Positions 44,650 to 64,000 of a stretch of DNA of 64,000 nucleotides are shown in pieces. The notes under the pieces are model-generated. The model saw only the letters and a list, made by a program, of their open reading frames with translations, was not told the origin of the DNA and did no database searches. A program made the position numbers and the translations under genes. The stretch's first letter is position 1, and every line of letters starts with the position of its first letter. The stretch is from Paragordius varius (lineage: Eukaryota; Animalia; Nematomorpha): positions 5,394,001 to 5,458,000 of the forward strand of contig OZ176050.1 in NCBI GenBank assembly GCA_964247055.1, read 5' to 3'.

Positions 44650-47600
44650 GTTATCTTTTTCCACCACACCCCACACAGATGATTTCTTTCCTTTGCCGCT
44701 CCCGTTGGTATTAACCAGGGTGCATCACGCGGAGGTAAAAGTCGGACTTTGAAGCAACCAAACAAACCTTTTGGAACCAACTATACGACATTTCTCATGC
44801 CATACCTCCAAATGAAAAATTTTTTATAGGTGGAGTTTTTAATTCCCAAGTTGGCACTAATGGTCAAGACTATATGAGAATACATAGAGGAAAAGCTTTT
44901 GGCAACCGTAACAAAGAAGGTGATACATAATTAGAAGACTGCGCATCTCTAAGACTTACTATCTGCAATACCCTCTTCACGAAACCAGCAAAGAAATTAT
45001 TAACTTATACAAGTGCTAATCAAAACTCTCGATTATCCACCTCATGTTACATATCATATCTCGGCATCCACTACCATTTCGAAAACCAGCCTGAATCGTG
45101 GATATCTCGGGGTCAAGAATAGAATTTAGACGAAACTGTATTATTTTTAGAAAAACTTTGGACACCTGGTTTATGAGCGCTATTACCCTTTTTTTAAATC
45201 GGAATCATAATGGATGTGCACCATTCCTCAGGAATTTTTTCCATCTCAAATATGGTTTGAAATAATTTGGCGAGTATATCGATTGGAATATATTTTATTA
45301 TTTCAGTAGGGATGTCTCTGTGGCCCTCTGATTTGCCGGTGCTAGAGTGTTTTATCGCGAGTTCCACTTCTTCTTTCATAATAGGTAGTTCTTTTTGTTG
45401 AGTAAGTTCGTTAATAGTCGGGGGGTTATTTACATTGTATAGTTTGTTTATGTGTTTGTGCCATAATTTGCGAATTTCGTCTTTTTCAGTGACGATTGAG
45501 TTGTTGTCGTTTCTCATAGGTCCCTTAACTTTTTTGTGTGGATATTGTTTGCATGGGCAAAAAGGTTTTGGTTATTTTTGGCGTCTGTTTCTAATTTTTC
45601 ACATAGTTGGTCATAATACTTATTTGTGTCCACCCCGAGATATCCACGATTCAGGCTGGTTTTCGAAAAGGTAGAGGATGCCGAGATATGATATGTAACA
45701 TGAGGTGGATAAACGAGAAACACATCGAAACAAAGAATTGCATATGTGCTTTGTCGATTTTTCCAAAGCATATGATTCCATCCAGCACAATAAACTACGG
45801 AAAGCTCTAAAACAACTCGGAGTGTCAACACATTTAATCAACATCATATTTTCAATTTATTCAAATTCCACGGCTGTAATATCCACACCTCACGGTACTG
45901 ACTCATGTAAGGTACAAGTCGGCCTCCGTCAAGGATGCGTTTTATCACCAATTCTTTTTAACGCAAACCTGGAGTGCATTATAAGAAATATCCCACAAAC
46001 TTACGGCATCAACGTAGGTGGGAACCTACTTACATCCGTTCACTACGCGGATGATACAGTCTTATTCGCAGACAGTGTAGACACATTATCGCAAGCCTTG
46101 CAAGTGTTTACAACTGAATGCAATAAATTTGGATTAAAGATCAATTTCAAAAAAACAAAAGTCATGCAAATAAATCCGGCTCAAACCAATCCAATAATCC
46201 TCAACGGCAACCAGATCGAAACAGTTAGCAGCTACACGTACTTAGGTAGCATTATTAATAATGAGAACAACTCGATGCCTGAAATAAAGCGAAGAATTGC
46301 TATTGCTAAAGCAGTAACATTTAAATATAACAGGATTTGGATGTCGCATGACATTAAACTACAAACCAAAATCAGATTAATCAAAGCTATAGTTTTCCCC
46401 ACATTCATGTATGGGGGGGAAAGCTAAACACTGAAAAAATATGACGAACGTCTAATAAACTCTTTCGAATTATGGGTTTGGAGGAAACTTCTTCAAACAA
46501 AATGGACAGTCAAAGTTTCAAACATCACCATTCTAAATAAAATTAACCCAGAAATGTCACTTCTAGGCAGCTTAACACGTCAAAAACTATCCTTCTTCGG
46601 GCACATCATGAGATCCAGCTCACTAAATCACTGATGCTGGGAAAGTGAGTGGTGCCCGAAAAAGAGGGAGAAGACGAACTCGTTGGATGGATAACATCCT
46701 CAAAGAAACCAACCAATCATTATCCGAACTAAACACCAAAACCGGAAATCGCAGTGAATGGAGAAGCTTTATTTTCAATGTAGCAGTTAGTCGGAATCGA
46801 CTTTAGCAAACAACAACAACAATCAAAACTCTATGGTAGACTACATTTTACCTATACAAGATAGAAAAATCATCAAAGATTATAAAACATATCTCACTGA
46901 TACACAACATAAATTGATTGTAGCAATAATAACAATAAACAAATCTTATTACCATAGTAACCAGAAACCTAAAATAAACTTAGAAAAACTACACCGTCCT
47001 GATCTTAAACTTCAACTCTCAGAAACTGTCAATGCATCGCTCAGCCTTAACCACAAAACCACTGAACAAGCTTGTGATAATTTTAAAAACAGCATTATCA
47101 ATGTGTTTAATTTTTGTGGCAGAAAGAAAATATACAGGAAAAAACAACAATCAAATTAGTGGTGGTCAGAATCCATAAAACCTTTAATTAAAATTAAACG
47201 CAATAACTATAAAAGATGGAAACAAACAAAAGATAAAAGAGACTTAGAATCATATATCAAATCAAATAAAAATTTACAACAAGCCATCAATATTTCAGCC
47301 AACAAAAAAGCTTTGGATTTAGCTAAAAAACTAGAACAAGACATAAAAAATCTTAAGATTTTTCGAACAATAAATTCAGTTAACAATAAAAAGGACATTA
47401 AACAAATTTCCTACATTAAAGATAAACACCAACATCTAGCTACTGACTGGAGTGACATAAGCAATGTCTGGACAACGTATTACAAAGAACAATTCGCACA
47501 AAAACATAATTTTGAAACAATTAACCAACCACAAGCAATTGGTCCTCGATCATTGATAACAACAGGTGATGTAAGAGATGCCTTAGCCAAAATGAAAAAT

Positions 47601-49196
47601 AACAAAGCAACTGGTCCATCTGAACTCAGCTCCAACATGATTAAAGCTTTACCCCAATGCATTCCACATTTAACTCGTATATTTAATCTAATCTTGTCAA
47701 CGAATCGCATCCCTAATGATTGGTTAAAAAGCACCATCATACCCATTTTTAAAAACAAAGGAGACATACTCGTTTGTTCCTCCTACATACCACTAAAGTT
47801 GTTGGAACACCCGTAAAAAATTTTGAATTCATTATTGAATCAAAACTAAGATCAATCATTAGTATACAGGAATCACAATATGCCTATAAACCAAACAGTA
47901 GCACAATTGATGCAATCTTCATTTTGAGAAGATTGCAGGAGAATTATTTAGCGATAAATAAAAAACTCTATCATGTTTTTATTGATTTACAAAGGGCCTT
48001 TGATTGTATACCCAGGAAGTTAATCACATCCACACTACGAGCCAACAAGGTAGATGATTGGATAATTAAATCAATAGAAATTATGTACTACAAAACAACA
48101 AACTGCGTCAAATTAACACTAGGCAACACAGCTTTTGTTCCAAACGAATCTGGTCTTCATCAAGGCTCCATCCTAAGCCCTCTACTCTTCATTTTAATAA
48201 TGGATTACCTAACAAAAGATATAAAACAAGGCTTACCATGGGAACTTATCTATGAGGACGACATTGTCCTCATCGCAACATCAATGGGAGAATTAAATCA
48301 AAAGTACAACACATGGAAATCACACTTAGAAAAGGGTGGAATGAAGATTAAAATAAGCAAAACTAAGGTGCTGATAACGGGTGAAACTGTACATGAACGA
48401 CCTAAGTTTCCATGTGGAGTATGTGATTAGATGTTAAACTCAATTCAATCCTACATCATGCAATAAATGGGTACACAAAAAGTGCTCGCTTATAAAAGGG
48501 GCATTAATCAACAATGATAAATTTATATGTGAATCATGCAAAAATAAAACACTAAATCACTCACCCACTTCAATAAAATACTTTTATATGGCAGACGCCA
48601 AAATCGAATTAATAAATAATTTCAAATACTTGGGCGATGTCATACATTGCCTAGGTGGAATAAATCAGTCAGTTAAATATAGATCCCAACAGGCTTGGGC
48701 AAAATATCATCAACTTAAATTTGTGCTCAAAAATAAACACATATCAGCAAAAAACAAAGGTTTGATTTACAAAGCCGGCATACGTCCCATACTCCTGTAT
48801 GGAAGCGAGACTTGGCTGATGACAGATTCAATTGAAAAAAACTAATGGACATAGAAAAACGGATGCTAAATTTATTCCAACCCAATAAGTCAAATTCAAA
48901 TTTACATCAACTGTACCAAATCGAACCTTTAAATGTTATGCTCAGAAAAAATAGGCTTAGATATTTCGGACACATCAAACGTGTTCCAGAACAATGGACA
49001 AATAAAATTTTATCCCTACATCCCGAAGGTAACAATCGCAGGGGCAGACCAACATTTAACTGGGAAAAAACAATAAATAATGATTTAAGTGTTGCCAACA
49101 TTGATGATAACGCCTGGCAGGATCGCAAATATTACAGACAGCTTCTATACGGATACAATGGCTAGCCATTACACAAAGACGATACGATATCTAAAT

Positions 49197-49240
<44 letters not shown>
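44650..49240 (+). mobile_element. Decayed RTE-superfamily (RTE/RTEX-like) LINE with AP endonuclease, reverse transcriptase and PHD-like finger; interrupted at 45030-46820
   Basis: Endonuclease fragments FGNRNKEG...ICNTLFTKPAKKLLTYTSANQNS continue across the insertion as MVDYIL. RT motifs: MKNNKATGP, DWLKSTIIPIFKNKGD, FIDLQRAFD, GLHQGSILSPLLF, YEDD. The C-terminus reads RKNRLRYFGHIKR...RRGRPTFNW, followed by a (TA)n tail at 49202-49240. Frameshifts and stops throughout. Confidence 0.9.
45030..46820 (+). mobile_element. RTE-BovB-like LINE, 5'-truncated and 5'-inverted, with a 12-bp TSD
   Basis: TSD AATCAAAACTCT at 45018-45029 and 46821-46832. The sense part 45632-46820 reads QAGFRKGRGCRD, FVDFSKAYD, GLRQGCVLSP, YADD, FPTFMYG.ES, GARKRGRRRTRWMD, then a (CAA)n tail. 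The antisense part 45030-~45631 encodes the upstream pre-RT region (EIRKLWHKHINKLY...IPEEWCTSIMIPI). Confidence 0.92.
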
Positions 49241-49242
<2 letters not shown>

Positions 49243-50429
49243 AAAATATTTTGATAAAATTTTTTTTCAAAAAAGCTCCATGTCAAACTATTTGACGCCA
49301 TTTTTATTTTACAAAATTTTTGCAAAAATAGTCTTTATTTAATTTTAAAGGTAAAATTAAAGCACAATTCTTATTTAAATTACATCTAATATTAATAGTA
49401 ATAGAAGCGCTTTATTTTGTATTATTTTTTAATTTTACCATTTCAAACATGCCGCGTTAACAAAATTTTTACCTTTAGTTAGCTTAAAATAAGTAATATC
49501 AAGTATTTTCAAATAAAATATTTTATATAATTCGGTTTATTAAAGTTATATAAGTGCAAAATTTTGTCTTGATTATAATCTTCCATACTTTTTAAAGTAT
49601 TTGATTTTAAACAGGCCTGGGGTATCCAAATACCCCAATTTTAATCGAAGGACTAAAATGAATGTGTTGTATCCAAGTGTTAAAGTAAAGCATATAAAGA
49701 CCCCACATATTTAGATTAAAAACTACTGAAAGATACAATTTCAATTTATTTTATGCTTCTATGATCTGTGTATAAAAGTCAACTATGTAAATGTAATTTA
49801 GCTTTATCACACCATTACCTTTACACTTTTTCCAAGTATCATTTGGAATCTAAATATTTAAAAAGGTATTTAAAGATTAGGCCGAATATTTTTAGGCGCA
49901 TATTACAAAAAAATCCAAAAATGTAAAATTTAAAAAATCCTCATTCCAAACTTTTGGCATTTTTTTCTATAAATTTTGAAATCATTATTAAAAAAAGGCA
50001 AAAAATGTATATTATGGTTAAAAAATGTAAATAGTTAACTCTAAACCACGATGTTTTGGAAAAAAAATTCAAAAAATGGCGTGGAAGTAGTTTAATATGC
50101 AACTTTTTTCAAAACTAAATTTTATTATGATATTTGGCTTATTTATATAATTTTTAAGGATAGAAATCGGAACTATTTTTTGTAGGTTTTTAAAAATACA
50201 AACGTACATATTGTCTGGGGTTTTTAACCATAATATTTGAATCCAATGTAGAAACATTATTGAAACGAACGGATGACTTAATATCAAAATAGTTTTTGAA
50301 ATGTAAGTTTTTTAAAATTAATTATTTACATTTTCTGACCATAATATACAATGATTTGCCTGTTCCAATAGCGATTTAAAACATTGATATAAAAAGAAAA
50401 AGTTGTATATTTTGCATCATTTTCATATA

Positions 50430-51216
50430 TAACTTAGGCACACATGCATGTTGGCTAAATTTTTACTTTTGGGTTTTACCTCTGAATAAGTAATATCAAG
50501 TATTTTTGGTATGATTTTTTTTAGATTTCGGGTAATTAATCTTATATAAGTCAAAACTTTTGCCATATGCTTCAATTAATCCCATTATTTTTGGATTAAC
50601 ACTCTGGGGTATCTAACTCCCCCAATTTAAATCGAAGGACAGAAATGAATGTGTTGTATCCAAGTGTTAAAGCTCTCTATTTTTAAAGTGTAGGATAAAA
50701 ACTGTAAAAATATAACTTTTTTTATCCAAAACATGAGAACAAGTGATAATAAAATATATACTGAAATAACTTTCACTACTTCAGTTTTACAATAAGCTCT
50801 CGGATATAAAACTAAAAAATTTAAACTAGGACAAAAAAGGGAAATTGTAACAAAAGTTGCACAAACTATTTCGACTCCATTTTTATTTTACAACATTTTT
50901 GCAAAATATAATATTTTTCTAAGGCTAATTAAGTTAATATTAATTAAAATCACATCTAAATTTGATATTAAAAATGTATTTTGGATAATTTTTATATTAA
51001 GCTATTATATAAATGTCATGTTGGTTAAATTTATATTTTCGACCATTCAAATAAGATCTATCAAGTGATTTTAAATAATTATTACTTTGTATTTCGGTTA
51101 CTCAATGTTATATAAACACAAGTGGTTACAAAAATTACACATTTTTTGATTTAAAGCCTGCATTTCCCAAAGAGCCCAATTTGAATCGAACATAAATGAA
51201 TGTGTGATATCCAAGT
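50430..51216. mobile_element. Two further partial copies of the TTAA piggyBac-like MITE (ends at 50666 and ~51214)
   Basis: GGGGTATC..CCCCAATTTAAATCGAAGGAC.GAAATGAATGTGTTGTATCCAAGTG-TTAA lies at 50605-50670, and a more decayed CCCAATTTGAATCGAAC..AAATGAATGTGTGATATCCAAG at ~51175-51214. Internal blocks match 49270-49510. Confidence 0.65.
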
Positions 51217-51464
51217 TAATAAATATTTCCTTAAACAAATATTAAAATTTGTACAAAAATTTTCAATAATTTTTTTTTTGAAGAAAGTTAATTACTATCC
51301 AAATATATTAAATTATACCATCCAACTTAAAAATATAGAGTGTGGATTTTAAACAATAAAATGGGTAAGTCTTTAAAAAGATTTTAAAGTAATTAATGCG
51401 CTGACAGTTATTGGGTTTTTACCCTTATAAAATAATTTTAAAATTGGATTTGAGGCAATTCGCT

Positions 51465-52023
51465 TTAAATAAACGCAAAAATGCCGAGAATGCGCGAATA
51501 TATGCTAAATTTTGATGTCAATGATAATATTAAAAAAAGGTATTTTTTTTAAAAAAAATTTAATTTTTAGCAAATTTTTGTTGAAGCGTTTTTTATACTA
51601 TTCTGAGTCATGATGGAAACGGTAAAAAAACGTTTTTAAATACCAGAAATAGTGTTTTTCTAGACAATTTGATCATGTTGATTCTATAATCTCATGATTA
51701 TAATTTGAAGGTTCATTAGCTTTCTCAATTTGGTTTAAACCCAATTTAAAATCAAACATTCGGAGACGAAATAATATTTTAATCAATAAAATGATAGAAA
51801 TGTTCAGCATCATTAAAATATATAGGAAACGTGTTTTTATTCTATCTCAAGCCTTTTTATACTGTTTCTCTCATGCTTCACAATTATTTGTAAACCTCAA
51901 CGATTTGCATAAAATTAAATTTTTGAAAAAGCATGCTTTTAAAAATATTTTTATTTGATATCAAATTTTCGCATATATTTAAAATTTCATCCCGCTATCT
52001 CGGCATTTTTGCTTTTATTTTAA
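51465..52023. mobile_element. MITE with long imperfect inverted ends (a related copy spans ~54617-55825)
   Basis: Left TTAAATAAACGCAAAAATGCCGAGA matches right reverse complement TTAAAATAAAAGCAAAAATGCCGAGA. The same end motif occurs at ~54620 (AAACGCGGAAATGCCGAG) and in reverse at ~55800-55825. Confidence 0.55.
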
Positions 52024-53249
52024 GAGAAATAGGAGCAAAAAAATTAGAATGTTCGGTGCCCCTACATAAAATTTAATATTTTTAGACATGTTTTTTGGAA
52101 TAAAGCATTTTCTTTCACCAAAAAAGTTTTATTTAAAAAATATGTGCAGATTATGCCATTTTTATGGAGCAGTTACCACATGTTACATATGCAAATTTTA
52201 AATATATACTTTGTATGTATGCTATAGTTTTTTGTGAGATTTGCATTGTCTTATTTTTATATTTTTTTATTATGTAAATATCATATATTGTTACCATGCA
52301 AATTATGTTCACTTAAAAATAGTATTTATAGGGTACAAAAAACCGAATAAATATCCTTCAATTTTCCGACTTATACTTTTGTTACCTTTTACACCACAAA
52401 AATGTTAATAACTTTTTTATTACACTCGTAAAAGCCAAAACTAAAAGCACATGATAATCTTGAAACTTTTTCCTATCATAATATTCAGGTTATTTTATTG
52501 TGGACGCTGTTCAAGGCATCAAATAGATTAACAATACAATTAAATCGAAGTCCTTCGGACTTCTGGGGGAGGTATCTGAAAAAAGGGACAAATGATCCAT
52601 ATATGTGAATTATTTCGATACATTATTTAATACCTATGATCTCTTAGGATTTTCAAAACGGTGCATTCATACTAATATATTGTTTAGTTTTGTAAAGGCC
52701 CCAAATTGATGGCTAACGGTAAAAACCGCTATATATAATTTTTACCTTTTTATGACTACCCCTAATTTATCACATGAAAGCATGCCATGACTAAAAAAAG
52801 CTAGACAAGTCAAAATAAATTTTTTATCACCCCAACAAAGTGTTCTCATAATATCTTAAAGCATATATATAGCGTTTCCAACATGTATCAAAATTGCACG
52901 AAGTACGCTGAATTTTTGAAAAAGTATGCATTTTATAAAATAATTTTAGTTGACAAAATTTAACATACATTAATAATTTTTATCTTTGCGTTTATTTGAG
53001 GGGAACTAGCTTATTTTATAGCGAAAAAATTTGGGACCATGCAACTAAAAATTAAATTTTTTAAAAATATTGTATTGCATTTTATACATAGTTATAATTA
53101 TATTTAACAATTAATTTTGTAATGAACTCCTTCACTAAAAAATATCGTTAACGAAATGTCCACAAATTTCGCCATTTTCTAATACTGAGCACTTATCACA
53201 AAAGTTAGATAACTTTTTAGCAGTCCATCACCGACACGGAATAAACCGT

Positions 53250-54450
53250 TTTCTCTTTCGGATCCTCCCGCCTATGATAGAGTGTGAATTTCCAAGGATA
53301 TTAATTTTTAAACATTTTTACGAAACCTGTGGAGGCCCATTTAGTTTGAATATTATTTTAATAACCCTTTTACGAAGTAGCCACCCTGTTCCGCCCATCT
53401 ATGTGAAAATGGTTAAATATATGGTCAGGGAGCATGTTGAAATGGGAGCCTATTCAATTTCAATTTTAATATTAATTTGTATTAAATTGAAAAGCGCCGT
53501 TGGTAATTGAGCCGTTTTTCAAATTAGCTTCTAAGTTTTGACCCAGCCTGTAGGCCCATTCGATTTTAAAGTATTTTTGCATTTATGAGGGCAAATAAGC
53601 CATTCATGTTTGACACAATTAGTCTTTTCATAGAAATCGTGCCTGCCTTTAATTTTATTTGGACATGCTGGACTCAGTAGCATCTTAGGTTTTATGCTGG
53701 AATATATATTTACATTTACATAAATATACCTGGGTCTTATTAGAAATATAAATAGACGCGTGCAGGCACCGGCGACGGTATTCGGCTCTAACAATATCTT
53801 GATACTTTATACAAATATTTACGTTGAGGATTAATGAATTTTAAAATTAATTATCCTTAAAATTATCGTAAATCAAAAAACTAAACATTACCATGCACCT
53901 CAGCCGAAAATTATCTACGAAAATATCTAAGTCTGTGGCACAAGGCTGGATAAAACTTGATATCCTGGTATTAACTGTTATATTTTGAAATTCAGTACTT
54001 ATTGGTGTATTTATTATATCCTTTGGAAAATTATTTGCAAATGAAATTATGGTTTTTAGAAATTTCTTCCACGGAAAAGTGTAACACAAGTTCAATCGAA
54101 TTTTAAATAAATCCAATGTCAATTAAATGGTAAATCAATAAGACACTATTGATACGAGCAATTTTGCGTAAAGGTATAATATTTTGGCGAATGCAAACCC
54201 GGTATAAAGATGGTTAAAGATATTTTTTTAGTCAAAAACGGTAAGGTTGTGAAAAGCATAATTTTTATCAGGCGGATTTTTTTAACGGTGCACAAAATTG
54301 GATTATAAAAAATATCTGAGAAATGCATCAGGATTCCCATAAGGCTTTTGGTTATAAGCCGTACGAGTGATTTGGAAAAGTTGTTATCATTTTTGTGCTA
54401 ATCGCCCCATATCGAAAAGACGCAAAAATAGTGCATATTATATAAAATAA
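53250..54450 (-). mobile_element. Possible highly decayed piggyBac transposase remnant
   Basis: Minus-strand fragments occur in the expected order: TPISTEFQNITV (cf. IFP2 KPVHGSCRNITCD), KPKMLLS (KPAKMVYLLSS), TGWVKT* (TKGGVDTLD), KTAQLPTALFNLIQINI (KTNRWPMALLYGMINI). The similarity is weak and judged by eye. Confidence 0.4.
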
Positions 54451-54645
54451 AATTTTGTATTTAAAAGTTAAAAGCAACATTTTGAAAAATATCATTAATA
54501 TATATCTTATACTAAATTTATAAAGCAAAACGACCATTTTATAAAATATGTATTATTAGATTTTTTCTCCCAAAGTTAAACATTTTTGCACTCTTTCTTT
54601 AATGGTCTGGTTCTCTTAAATTAAACGCGGAAATGCCGAGCTTTC

Positions 54646-54682
<37 letters not shown>

Positions 54683-55144
54683 TAAATCATGGCATCAAAA
54701 ATTATTATTTATAAGGGTATAGTGAAGAGTTGCAAGCTCAAAACTTTTTAAAAATAAATAGTTTCTAATATTAATTTTAGCGAAATTGTTAGCATTATAG
54801 CTCTTTTGAAGCAAATGGTATAAATACGCCTTAAGATATTATAACACTTATTCTAATAAATACGAAGAGGCTTAACCTTTTTCTCCAGTTTTAGTATAAG
54901 TTACCACAAAATTTAGGTTATTTTTTACAATTTATTTTTACATAAATTGAAAAAATTTTTTTTTTTAAAATTCTGATGAAGAAATCATGTTTATAAAATA
55001 TGATCATATATTTTCATATTTCTAACATTTTTCAAAATTAGAGGTACACTTCAAAATATTCAACAAAAACGAATCTTTATAAAATTATTTAATATTTTTG
55101 ATCATAACCTCAGATATTGGAAGATTGTTTACATATAAATTAAG

Positions 55145-55145
<1 letters not shown>

Positions 55146-55218
<73 letters not shown>
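55146..55218. repeat. (TA)n microsatellite, ~72 bp with one interruption (others at ~5971, 30864, 38436, 49202, 54648, 61035)
   Basis: Read directly from the sequence. Confidence 0.95.
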
Positions 55219-55221
<3 letters not shown>

Positions 55222-56448
55222 CTCAAATTTTTGATTAAAATAAACTACTTGAAAAACAAATTACACTGCGTGGGTACAGAAAAATAACCTTATACATATC
55301 CAAAAATTATAAAAATCCAAACAATATTAAAAAAAATTTCTATCGAGCTCCGAAAGACCCAAATTTTCTCGCTCTTTGAAAATGGTGTTAAACCCAAAAA
55401 TGCCCAATTATATATGTTTTGTTATCAAACAAAAAATTTATCCTTTTCAATTTAATTTTTAGAAAAATTCTTTTAAAGCGTACTTCACACTTTTTTTGAT
55501 ATAAACGGGGTAAAAACGCTTTACGCTAGAAAAAACTTTATCTAGATAAAGTGATGTTGAACATTCTCAAAACCTCAGAATGTTAAATTATTCATTCGTC
55601 TGTTAAACAAAAATTGTGTATTTTACATAAGTTTTCCAAAAAACAAACGAACATTTAAATTTAACTGAAGCGTTAGATATGTTTAACATCATCGAACAGT
55701 TGAAAACAATGTTCATCGCGTCTTAAAATGGTATGAAGTACGCTTCATCAAAAAATATTATTTGTTGATATTAAAATTTAGCATATAAAAAATCGCGAAT
55801 CTCCGCATTTTTCCGTTTATTTTACCAAGGATCAATTTTAGAAGAGCAAAAACATTTGCCACTTTCGTAGCAATATTAAAATTAAAATTTTTTGAAAATG
55901 TTTTGCTTGTTAGATAATATATTTTTGTGATATTATTTAAAAGCCCTTATGCACCTGAAATTTCAAATGCGTAAATTTTTACATTTTCATTAAAACAAAA
56001 ACCTAGAATCCTGATACATGTTCCTATCAGAATACATGTAATTTTTCAATATATTTTTTATACTCCACGATTTTGGACGCAGTACCATGGATATAAAATA
56101 AAGAAATTAGTTAAGTTATTACTCTATTACTTTTTAAGGCTATATATCCCGGAGCGATTTGATATATAAATATCAGAAAAAGTATTTAAAGTATTAAAGC
56201 AATTAATTTTAGGCGCATTACACAATTTTTTAAAAAAAATAAAATTGCAAAAAAAACCTCTTCAAACTTTTTCCCGCTATTTTTTTCTATCAATTATTTT
56301 TAAATCACTGATGCAGGCAAATAAATGTATATTATGGCTGAAAAATGTATTTTGATTTAATATCAGCTGAATGATTTAATAGTGTTTTAAAGCTTAAAAT
56401 TTTAAACTCTAGAAGTCACTGATATATAAAATTATGTTTGTTATTTAA

Positions 56449-56998
56449 CACTTGGATCCAACACTCATTTAAGTCCTTCGAATCAAATTGGGGTAGTTGG
56501 ATACCCCAGGCCTGTTTAAAATTAAATACTTTAAAAAGTATGGAAGGAATCGAAACCATGGCAAAATTTTGCACATATATAACATTAATAAATCTAAATA
56601 TATAAAAAATTTTATTTAAAATTATTTAATATCACATATTTTAAGTTAAAACCGAAAGGTAAAAATTTCATCAACGTGACATGTCTCAAGTAGTAAAATT
56701 AAAAAATAATTCAAAATAAACTGCTTTTTCTATTAATATCAATGTTAGATGTAATTTATATTAAAAATTGGCTTTAGTTTTACACTTAAAATTAAATGAA
56801 GACGATATTTTGCAAAAATTTTGTAAAAATGGCGGCGAAGTAGTTTGAGATGGAAGTTTTTTTCAAAACAAAATTTTATCAAGATATTTATCAGGATAGA
56901 AGCATAAACTAAAATTAAGACCGTTTCCTTCAGTAGCTGTTTAAAAATCTTATAAAATAAGTCTGGGGTATTGAGATACCCCCATTTGAATCGAAGTG
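56449..56998. mobile_element. Intact 550-bp piggyBac-like non-autonomous element (MITE) with TTAA TSD
   Basis: TTAA at 56445-56448 and 56999-57002; termini CACTT...AAGTG. The inner inverted repeat TTCGA(A/T)TCAAAT(T)GGGGTA abuts the terminus on the right but is offset by a spacer on the left. This asymmetric bipartite TIR resembles piggyBac ends. Confidence 0.8.
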
Positions 56999-57288
56999 TT
57001 AAATTTTAAATAAAATATCTTTCAAAACTGTAGTTTATTTATAAAATTGACCTGATACAAAACTACCCCAAAGGTAAACTGGGAGAAAAAAGTGAAAAGG
57101 TAATGAAATGTTAAAACTAGACTCAATATAAAGGCTTTTTTGATTTTGAATTTGTAAAAGGTAACTACTCATTTTGGTATCCGATATGAAAATTGAATTG
57201 AAGCGCAATCCTTATGTTTTTTTATGGATGCATTATGATATGATGTTTACCAGATGTAATTTATCGATTTATTTGATATAAACTGGAT

Positions 57289-64000
<6,712 letters not shown>

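Larger units (their letters stand above)
44556..49679. mobile_element. piggyBac-like TTAA MITE split by nested LINE insertions (left piece 44556-~44642, right piece ~49241-49679)
   Basis: TTAA flanks at 44552-44555 and 49680-49683. The left piece CACTTCGATTCAAATTGGAGTATC and the right piece ending ...GTATCCAAGTG together match the reverse complement of the uninterrupted copy at 56449-56998. Confidence 0.75.

Noticed and set aside
44650-44830. HDV-like ribozyme in the 5' UTR of the host RTE (known from some RTEs)
   Set aside because: I could not assemble the P1/P2/P3/P1.1 pairings by eye. An RNArobo or Infernal search would settle it.

Overview
Very AT-rich animal (metazoan) genomic DNA with spliceosomal GT-AG introns and TAA used as a stop codon. 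Five protein-coding genes can be rebuilt by hand. (1) The 3' end of DDX18/HAS1 (+, 736-1602). (2) An intronless BTB/POZ protein with a Pro/Ala/Glu-rich region and a Lys-rich tail (-, 3109-4272). (3) A complete ~33-exon long-MRP/ABCC1-type transporter (+, 12194-32009), predicted at ~2170 aa, about 640 aa longer than human MRP1. (4) 40S ribosomal protein S12 (-, 44012-44454). (5) The 5' part of an ABTB2/ABTB3-like histone-fold/ankyrin gene (+, 57289 to the window end). Intergenic and large intronic DNA is mostly decayed transposons: Buster/SPIN-type hATs, a Mos1-like mariner, RTE LINEs, piggyBac-like TTAA elements, several MITE families and a ~310-bp tandem array. Main points of interest: ultra-short introns (21-28 nt) alongside kb-sized introns; an ABCC transporter with large insertions at the positions of the CFTR regulatory insertion and R region, carrying PKA-type motifs; two RTE copies with twin-priming-type 5' inversions; a three-level TE nest about 100 bp upstream of RPS12; and a dimeric tandem repeat with a conserved hairpin. 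All gene models and homologies come from manual reading and recalled family sequences. No database searches were run, and the species cannot be identified from the window.
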